Assembly: GCA_963729895.1 (NCBI GenBank)
Contig: CAVSQB010000012.1
Location: 64,001 to 128,000, forward strand
DNA length: 64,000 nucleotides
Direction of reading: 5' to 3'
Source of the DNA: an uncultured Fibrobacterota bacterium
Lineage (GTDB): Bacteria; Fibrobacterota; Chitinivibrionia; Chitinivibrionales; FEN-1185
Each line of letters opens with the position of its first letter. The stretch's first letter is position 1. The notes beneath the pieces were generated by a model. The model saw only the letters and a program-made list of their open reading frames with translations, was not told the origin of the DNA and made no database searches. A program made the position numbers and the translations under genes. Positions 57,768 to 64,000 of the stretch are shown here, one piece after another.

Positions 57768-57785
57768 ATGGTGAAAGGAGTCCGT

Positions 57786-58235
57786 ATGAAATCGTTGATC
57801 TGCCTGACAAGTGTCGTCTGGTGCCTCATTCTCCTTTTGGGATGCTCCGCCTCGCGCCCCAAGAACCTTGGCGCGGCAGGCGGCAGGCTTGCGCCCTGCC
57901 CGCACTCTCCCAACTGCGTCTCCACGCAGGCCGCGGACGATGCCCACAGGATCCCGCCGCTTCCGTACACCGGTTCAAAGGAGCAGGCTATGGACAGGCT
58001 TGTCGTAGTTATCAATTCAATGCCGCGGACAAGAATTGTTACCAGGACCGACACCTACCTGTACGTCGAGTTCACCACTGCGCTCATGCGGTATGTCGAC
58101 GACGTGGAGTTTTTCCTCGACGATTCAAAAAAGATACTGGATTTCAGGTCCGCATCGCGGATCGGCTACGGGGACATGGGCGTCAACCGCAAAAGAATGG
58201 AGGAGGTAAGCAGACGCTTCCTCGCCGTCAAATAG
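57786..58235 (+). CDS. DUF1499 lipoprotein
   Basis: LLGC lipobox, LAPCPHSPNCVSTQ, VDDVEF, RSASRIGYGDMGVNRKR. Confidence 0.9.
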   Translation: MKSLICLTSVVWCLILLLGCSASRPKNLGAAGGRLAPCPHSPNCVSTQAADDAHRIPPLPYTGSKEQAMDRLVVVINSMPRTRIVTRTDTYLYVEFTTALMRYVDDVEFFLDDSKKILDFRSASRIGYGDMGVNRKRMEEVSRRFLAVK

Positions 58236-58283
58236 CTGCCGCGCTCCTGCGGTCGTCCATTTGACCGCTATTGATAGAGGCTA

Positions 58284-58312
58284 TTGACATCCATTTTACG
58301 GAATACTACAAT
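58284..58312 (+). promoter_or_regulatory. Putative sigma70 promoter for the REC/HD-GYP pair
   Basis: TTGACA-17 nt-TACAAT. Confidence 0.6.
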
Positions 58313-58410
58313 CAGTAGTCGGTGCGTCCGGTCCTGTCTTCTCTCGCGGGGGCCAAACCATGGACGTAATTCCTTTTATATATCGTATCTATCACAAGAT
58401 GTACAGCCCC

Positions 58411-58788
58411 ATGAAAAAAATTCTTATAGTTGACGATAGCAAAGATATCAGGGAATTGGTTATCGCCACGCTGGACACAACGGAGTATAGAGTGTACGAA
58501 GCGGCAAACGCCATGCGCGCGATAGAAATCGCCACCGCCGAAAAGCCCGACTTCATCATCATGGATGTGATGCTTGAAGGCAGCGTCAACGGCATCCAGG
58601 CGACCAAGGCCATCAAGAGCAATCCCCTTACGAGCCATTGCAAGGTAATCGTCCTCACCGGCACAAACGAGAGTTGGGTGCAAAAAGAAGCCATCGAGGC
58701 CGGGGCGGAGTCTTTCTTCATCAAGCCTTTTAGTCCGCTCGACCTGCTCCAGCGAGTGGAATCCATTACGCCCGGTTTGCACCGGTAA
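58411..58788 (+). CDS. Stand-alone response regulator receiver (CheY-like)
   Basis: ILIVDDS, IMDVML, VLT, IKPFS. Confidence 0.9.
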   Translation: MKKILIVDDSKDIRELVIATLDTTEYRVYEAANAMRAIEIATAEKPDFIIMDVMLEGSVNGIQATKAIKSNPLTSHCKVIVLTGTNESWVQKEAIEAGAESFFIKPFSPLDLLQRVESITPGLHR

Positions 58789-58804
58789 GCAAAAGGACTT
58801 TCGC

Positions 58805-59617
58805 GTGCTGTTCAAATCCGCGGGAACGCGGGCGCTCAAGAAAGAGCTCCAACTGGCTTCCTCTCAGTCAATCAGGTACGCCCACGATTTTGCGCAGCTC
58901 TACAAGGAAACCAAAAAGCAGAAGAACGAACTTGCGGCCGCCAACCGTCAGCTCAAGAAATACGCCCAGGACCTGCAAAAGAACATCTCTCTTCTCAAGT
59001 CGGTGAACAACGAATTGCAGGAGGCATACTACGATACGGTGCACCGCCTGGTGCTGGCCGTGGAATACAAAGACCAGTTTACCGGCCGGCACATCGTTCG
59101 CATGAGCCGCTACAGCGCGCTCATCGCCGAAAAAATGGGTCTTCCCGAGCACGATGTTCTTACCATTTTGTGCGCGGCGCCTATGCACGATGTCGGGAAA
59201 ATAGGGATCCCGGACCATATCATTTCTTCGCCGAACAGATTGACGCAGGATGAATTCAGTATTATGAAGCGACACACCGTAATCGGCGCGGAAATCCTTG
59301 CAAACGCGAAATCGCAGATACTATGCCTGGCGGGACAAATTGCCCTTACCCACCACGAAAGATGGGATGGCACCGGCTATCCCCGGGGGCTCGCAGGCGA
59401 TGCTATTCCTCTCGCGGGCAGAATTGTCGCTCTTGCGGACACATTCGACGCGCTTACCTCGAAACGATCCTACAAAGACCCGTTTCCCGTTGACCACGCC
59501 GCTGAAGTCATAAAGAAAGAAAAAGGCAGACAGTTTGATCCTCGGGTTGTTGATGCGTTTCTCGGCAGCCTTGACCAAATCGTCAAGATCAGCTCCGAAG
59601 TGGAGTTGGCCCGCTGA
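58805..59617 (+). CDS. HD-GYP domain cyclic-dinucleotide phosphodiesterase with N-terminal coiled coil
   Basis: TG.H, HDVGKIGIP, HHERWDGTGYPRGL, ADTFDALTS.R.YK, QFDP. Confidence 0.9.
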   Translation: MLFKSAGTRALKKELQLASSQSIRYAHDFAQLYKETKKQKNELAAANRQLKKYAQDLQKNISLLKSVNNELQEAYYDTVHRLVLAVEYKDQFTGRHIVRMSRYSALIAEKMGLPEHDVLTILCAAPMHDVGKIGIPDHIISSPNRLTQDEFSIMKRHTVIGAEILANAKSQILCLAGQIALTHHERWDGTGYPRGLAGDAIPLAGRIVALADTFDALTSKRSYKDPFPVDHAAEVIKKEKGRQFDPRVVDAFLGSLDQIVKISSEVELAR

Positions 59618-59701
59618 CCTTCCCATCCGGACCCTTTCCCGCACCGGATTGCCCCGCAATGTTTCATGCGCGCCACGTTACCTGAGCGGTTTGCAAACGC
59701 T

Positions 59702-59730
59702 TTGACCTGACGCCCCGTATCATGTATTAT
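59702..59730 (+). promoter_or_regulatory. Putative sigma70 promoter of dinB (possibly leaderless)
   Basis: TTGACC-17 nt-TATTAT, 7 nt before the ATG. Confidence 0.55.
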
Positions 59731-59737
59731 TGGTTAT

Positions 59738-60922
59738 ATGGAGCAAGCGCAGCAAACAAAAATTCCCAGAACCATTCTTCACATCGACATGGACGCGTTT
59801 TTCACGTCAATCGAGCAGCGCGATAATCCTGTACACAGAAGCAAACCCGTCGTGGTGGGGGCAATGCCGGGACATCGCGGCGTTGTTGCGGCAGCAAGCT
59901 ATGAAGCCAGGAAATTCGGCATTCATTCGGCGATGCCGATTAATGAAGCGTTTCGCCGCTGTCCGCGCGCCGTGTTCCTCCGGCCCAGGATGGAGGTTTA
60001 CTGCAACGAATCGCAACGGGTGATGAGCATCCTCTCCTCGTTTTCACCGCGCGTGGAGCAGGTCTCGGTGGATGAGGCGTTTCTCGACGCGACCGGCGCC
60101 GAAAAGCTGTTCGGCGATGGGTTGACAATTGCAAAAGCGATTTGCAAAACCATCAAAGACCGCCTTCATCTTACCGCCTCCGTCGGCGTGGCGCCCAACA
60201 AGTTTCTTGCCAAGCTCGGTTCGGACATGAACAAGCCGGACGGCACAACGCAGGTGCCGTTCGATCCGGCGGCCGTTGTTTCCTGGCTTGCCCCTCTGCC
60301 GGTGGGCAAACTATGGGGCGTGGGAAAAAAGACCGAAGAGGTGTTGAACCGCCTGGGCATCCTAACCATCGGCGACCTTCAGGGCCGCACGCTGGAATCT
60401 CTGGTTGGAACCTTTGGAAAATCGGGCCGCAATCTGTACGATTTGTGCCGCGGCATAGACGACCGGCCCGTGGAGAACCAGGAAGATTCCCGGTCTATTT
60501 CGCGCGAACACACCTTTGAGGAAAACACGAGTGATCGTGAGGAATTGAAGAAAACGCTTCTGGCCTTGTCGCAGGATGTAGCCCGGCAGGCCAGAAGATC
60601 ACTGGTTGCAGGCAGAACCATCGTCTTGATTTTTCGCGGCGCCGACTTTTCCAAGCACACACGCCGGTGCACGCTGGCGGAGCCCACCGTTCTTGCCAAC
60701 GATATCTTTTCAAATGCCGTGGGGCTTTTGGAAGCGCTGCCCCCCCGCTTCAAATTCAGATTGATCGGCGTGGGCCTCACCCATTTTGGCGAAGACATTC
60801 AACTCGACCTCTTTCATCACCACGAGGGCCAGCGGCCGTGGGAAAAGTCCGAGCAAGCAGTCGATGCATTGACAGACAGATTCGGAGAGGGCATCGTGGT
60901 CCGGGGAACCGAATTGAAATAG
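59738..60922 (+). CDS. dinB: DNA polymerase IV
   Basis: HIDMDAFF, AASYEARKFGIHSAM, SVDEAFLD, NKFLAK, KPDG, SISREHTF, QLDLF clamp motif. Confidence 0.93.
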   Translation: MEQAQQTKIPRTILHIDMDAFFTSIEQRDNPVHRSKPVVVGAMPGHRGVVAAASYEARKFGIHSAMPINEAFRRCPRAVFLRPRMEVYCNESQRVMSILSSFSPRVEQVSVDEAFLDATGAEKLFGDGLTIAKAICKTIKDRLHLTASVGVAPNKFLAKLGSDMNKPDGTTQVPFDPAAVVSWLAPLPVGKLWGVGKKTEEVLNRLGILTIGDLQGRTLESLVGTFGKSGRNLYDLCRGIDDRPVENQEDSRSISREHTFEENTSDREELKKTLLALSQDVARQARRSLVAGRTIVLIFRGADFSKHTRRCTLAEPTVLANDIFSNAVGLLEALPPRFKFRLIGVGLTHFGEDIQLDLFHHHEGQRPWEKSEQAVDALTDRFGEGIVVRGTELK

Positions 60923-60937
60923 CAATCGCCTGTGGTA

Positions 60938-61921
60938 TCATCCTGTTTTCTTCTCCCGCAGCCTTTCATTGAGTAGCTTGATATTTTCGATCCCGTTCAT
61001 GACCGCCTGTGCATTGTAGTGGTTGTTGTACGCCGCCGCCACGGTATTGGTTTTCTGCGCCAGGGTAAGCTGATCCGCCGCGTGTTGTTCGATCTCTTCT
61101 TTGCTGTATCGGTAATCATAACGGCTGTTGCGCTGGCTCAGGCGCTCGTGTGCTGTTTTCGCCTTCGCCGCGGGATACCAGTGGTCCATGTTCCTGCCGG
61201 AATAGCGGATGTAGCCCTTGGGCGTCGTGGCATACGCTTTGAGGGGAAACACGTGCGGAAACGGCGGGATGTCCGTGTTGCAGATTCCTATGCCGAAGTC
61301 CTTGAGCTTCTGGAGCACCGCTTCCCTGTGCCAGGTGCGGTGTCTGAACTCTATATGCACGTCTAGTTTCCTTTGTGTCGCGGTTTCGCATACAGCAAGA
61401 AGATAGTCGAGTTTTTTGATGCTGTGTTCGTTGTGGTCCTCAAGCTGAATAAGGAAGCTGTAAAACCTGCCGGTCTCAACGAGCGGCGCGACCGCCGCAA
61501 TGTGGCGTTCCATGGTTTCCTTTGATTTCTGCGCGTCCCATTCTTTGGTGTGCGACACGCTCTGATGCGTTTTGACGGCGTACAGTGAGTTGACCAGGCT
61601 CCGGCGCTCGATATCCATGTAGGTCTGCTGTGAAGGTTCCATGTAAAAGCTCGCGTTTATCTCAACAAAACGGAAATACTTCTGGTAGAACCGCAGGCGG
61701 TCGAAGTCTTCTTTTTCCGCAATCGTTTCCGATTTTTGCGAGCGCCGTGGTTTGGGCGGATTAAAAACGCCGATCCAGTCGTCGAAATAGTAACCGGAGG
61801 TGCCTATGTAAAATCCCCGTGCGGTGATGTCGGGGGGAATTTCCATCGGTTTCCACGGCGGCGAAGCCGAAAGTGCTTTTTCCTGGCCCGTAAAATCTAG
61901 GTTTGATGATGAGTTTGACAT
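60938..61921 (-). CDS. DUF72 (YecE-like) domain protein
   Basis: IGTSGY...W.G, VEINASFY, H, Q, EFRH..W, Y.R, YDYRYS, NNH...A. Confidence 0.88.
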   Translation of the reverse strand: MSNSSSNLDFTGQEKALSASPPWKPMEIPPDITARGFYIGTSGYYFDDWIGVFNPPKPRRSQKSETIAEKEDFDRLRFYQKYFRFVEINASFYMEPSQQTYMDIERRSLVNSLYAVKTHQSVSHTKEWDAQKSKETMERHIAAVAPLVETGRFYSFLIQLEDHNEHSIKKLDYLLAVCETATQRKLDVHIEFRHRTWHREAVLQKLKDFGIGICNTDIPPFPHVFPLKAYATTPKGYIRYSGRNMDHWYPAAKAKTAHERLSQRNSRYDYRYSKEEIEQHAADQLTLAQKTNTVAAAYNNHYNAQAVMNGIENIKLLNERLREKKTG

Positions 61922-62319
61922 AATAGCAATATAAAAATACAATACGTCTGGAATGCTGAGCGGGTGCGGCCGGGCACCACCCTCTGCAAGCCCGAACCTT
62001 CTGCTGGGCGCACCCTAGAAACACCCGATTACAAAGAAACGCAGCAGGATATTAGTTGTTTTTTTTCTATGTAGAAATTATCCGTCGCCCCTGACACATC
62101 TCGTCTATTGCATGGTATACTATGCTCACCAGATCGTTCTGCAACGCCACCTTGTCTTGTTGGTCAAGTATGATCCGTCAAACGATTCTCCGCGCACTCA
62201 CTATCTTCCGATTCTGCACCGGTCATTCGCACGCGTGCGTTAGGAAGGACCGCAGTGCGCGCTAGAGCGCGGTGCCGGCCGACCCTCGCCGAAGGCGATC
62301 CGGGCGGTCCGGCACCTAG

Positions 62320-63631
62320 CAGGTTGTTGAAATAGTCCTAACAGAAGCGCTCTTGTTGATTTTTTATGAACCTAACTTCAACTTTACATATGTCAGAGAG
62401 GTTTTACCTGCCTCGTTCCGAGGCATTTCCCCGGATTCCCAGGCCATTCTCATGCTGCCCCCACCGTTTGCGGCATCAACTTAACCATGCGTATCAAGTT
62501 GTACGCTGCGGCAACCACGTAGGCAACAGTCTGGTTGATTCGTATTCCTCTTACCCGAGTTTTCCGCAGGCCACCGACGCTCTTGATCCACCCAAATATC
62601 TCTTCAACCCGTTTTCGTTTCCTTTGACTTACGCTGTATCCCTTATGCCGAGTCGTTCTTCCATCCAACCCTTTAAGCGAAGTGTTGGCCTTCTCGGCAA
62701 TGTGAGGCTTCACGTGCAGGCGTCGCAGGCTCTTGATAAATTCGGTTGCATGATACCCTTTGTCTGCACCCACCGTCTTCATCCGGCGTTTTCCGCGCCT
62801 GCGTTCATGCTTTATCAGCTCAAGCGCCATATCCCGTTCCGCTGTCCCCGTCGCTGGCGCAATGGCGATATCAACACACAACCCATTTCGGTTTTCCATC
62901 AGCACGTGACCGGAATACGCCAGCTGCGCTCCCGTTCTCTTGTTCTTCCGAGCCAACCGCGCCTCTGGATCGGTCGAACTCTGATGTGTCTCATTGCTTC
63001 GCTTCTCATGGTGGAAATCAACCGACGGATTACTCCGATCATCGTCAGTCTTGTTCGCCGATTCCGCGTCTTTTCGCTTGAAGCTCTTCATCGATGCCCA
63101 GGCTTCAATCAACGTGCCGTCAACCGTGAAATGCTCATCGGACAACAACTCTTCGGAACGAGCAAGACGCACGATTTCCTGCATCAGCCGGTGCGCAATC
63201 TCCTGTTCCATAAGTCGATCTCGGTTCTTCGAAAACACACTATGATCAAACGATGCCGCATCCAGATCCATGTCAAGAAACCATCGGAACAGAATGTTAT
63301 AGTCCAGCATCTCGCAAAACAACCGGTCCGACCGTATCGAAAACAAAGCCATCAATATCTGTGCTTTCAAAAGCCATTCCGGCGGTATCGAAGGGCGTCC
63401 CATCCGGCTGTACATCGCCTCAAAGTCACGAGAAAGGCGGCGCAGCGCTATGTCCGTAAACTGTTTGACACGACGAAGCGGGTGCGTTGCCGGCACTCGG
63501 GAATCCGGAGAAACGAAGCTGAACATACCGCCTTGGGCTGGCTGGGAACCTCTCATCAATACTCCTTGGTTGGGGTTCCCCTATAATATAAGGATAAATG
63601 TTTACAAAAGGGAGACTTTTTCAACACCCTG
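62320..63631 (-). mobile_element. IS5-family insertion sequence (1312 bp)
   Basis: IRs CAGGTTGTTGAAATAGTC / CAGGGTGTTGAAAAAGTC; 4-bp TSD CTAG (62316-62319, 63632-63635). Confidence 0.9.
62450..63556 (-). CDS. IS5-family transposase
   Basis: VPATHPLR, GRPSIPPE, LFRWFL, VDGTLIEAWAS, ADKGY, RVEEIFGW; AAGGAG RBS. Confidence 0.92.
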   Translation of the reverse strand: MRGSQPAQGGMFSFVSPDSRVPATHPLRRVKQFTDIALRRLSRDFEAMYSRMGRPSIPPEWLLKAQILMALFSIRSDRLFCEMLDYNILFRWFLDMDLDAASFDHSVFSKNRDRLMEQEIAHRLMQEIVRLARSEELLSDEHFTVDGTLIEAWASMKSFKRKDAESANKTDDDRSNPSVDFHHEKRSNETHQSSTDPEARLARKNKRTGAQLAYSGHVLMENRNGLCVDIAIAPATGTAERDMALELIKHERRRGKRRMKTVGADKGYHATEFIKSLRRLHVKPHIAEKANTSLKGLDGRTTRHKGYSVSQRKRKRVEEIFGWIKSVGGLRKTRVRGIRINQTVAYVVAAAYNLIRMVKLMPQTVGAA

Positions 63632-63707
63632 CTAGGCTGACCAGCCGACGACCCTTGGAAGCACCCGAAGGGGTGGCACGGAGGGAGGGCCGACCCGAGA
63701 ATGCGTT

Positions 63708-64000
63708 TTAACGCAGGCGAGGGGAACGCCCAAACCTACTGTCAAGATTTGAGACACGCTGGACTTCCCCCATTAAAGCATCCTTATTATATCCCATCAC
63801 ATTCCCATTTTTTACCACCTCAAACCCCATCCTCATCCGTATCTCCCCTATGCTCCTGCCCATGTTTTCCTGCTTCACCTGCACCGCGTTGTCAAATAAA
63901 TCAAGCTGGCATTCGCGTTCCCAAAACGGTTTTGCCGTTACGGACAGCTTCCGCACCGCGATCCTGCGGGTGTATGCCTGTTCAAAAAGCAGGCAGCAGC
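63708..64000 (-). CDS. C-terminal part of a second Y-family DNA polymerase (DinB/UmuC-like); extends beyond the window
   Basis: ...LFEQAYTRRIAVRKLSV...QLDLFD...IRMRMG resembles the little-finger end plus clamp-binding motif. Confidence 0.65.
   Translation of the reverse strand, partial: CCLLFEQAYTRRIAVRKLSVTAKPFWERECQLDLFDNAVQVKQENMGRSIGEIRMRMGFEVVKNGNVMGYNKDALMGEVQRVSNLDSRFGRSPRLR

Noticed and set aside
63660..63705. CACGGAGGGA resembling the 3' part of a guanidine-I (ykkC) riboswitch
   Set aside because: Lacks CTAGGGTTCCG, CTGGTCCGAG and AAAAGCCCGGGAG, and no sense-strand gene follows.
1..64000. CRISPR arrays, tRNA/rRNA genes, integron cassettes, prophage or retron genes
   Set aside because: No regularly spaced repeats, cloverleaf/rRNA signatures, integrase, reverse transcriptase or phage structural motifs recognised by eye; small RNAs could have been missed.

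Overview
Bacterial chromosomal window with mostly moderate-to-high GC and several AT-rich blocks. Gene content is compatible with an FCB-group (e.g. Fibrobacterota-like) organism, but this is inference only. From left to right: an MglA/MglB polarity GTPase pair whose long tails end in shared motifs; lysA and rpsT; a PHP-UbiA-TPR-ferredoxin-geranylgeranyl reductase operon; tkt, a Kef-type antiporter and a Dus enzyme; a near-canonical dif (XerCD) site at 19264-19291; a cobalamin-riboswitch-led B12 uptake operon followed by a cysteine desulfurase and cobO; and a gmk/FHA-ABC transporter/Ser-Thr kinase/YraN run. The most striking region is a ~15 kb locus (38379-53194) combining lipid-tailoring enzymes (cyanobacterial-type acyl-ACP reductase without ADO, ACP, atypical adenylation enzyme, ThDP enzyme, B12 radical SAM) with sensory proteins (REC-His kinase, SRPBCC-PilZ-PilZ fusion, and a ~1700-aa Ser/Thr kinase-AAA-TPR-GAF-His kinase carrying an in-frame AT-rich cassette). 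It is a candidate lipid-signal synthesis/perception system. The right end holds an arsenosugar-associated glycosyltransferase cluster, REC + HD-GYP, dinB, DUF72 and a second, partial Y-family polymerase. Five IS elements could be delimited with IRs and TSDs, including a nested IS3/IS3 insertion that replaced the C-terminus of the giant kinase. No rRNA, tRNA or CRISPR array was recognised. All family assignments are from motif recognition by eye, not database searches.
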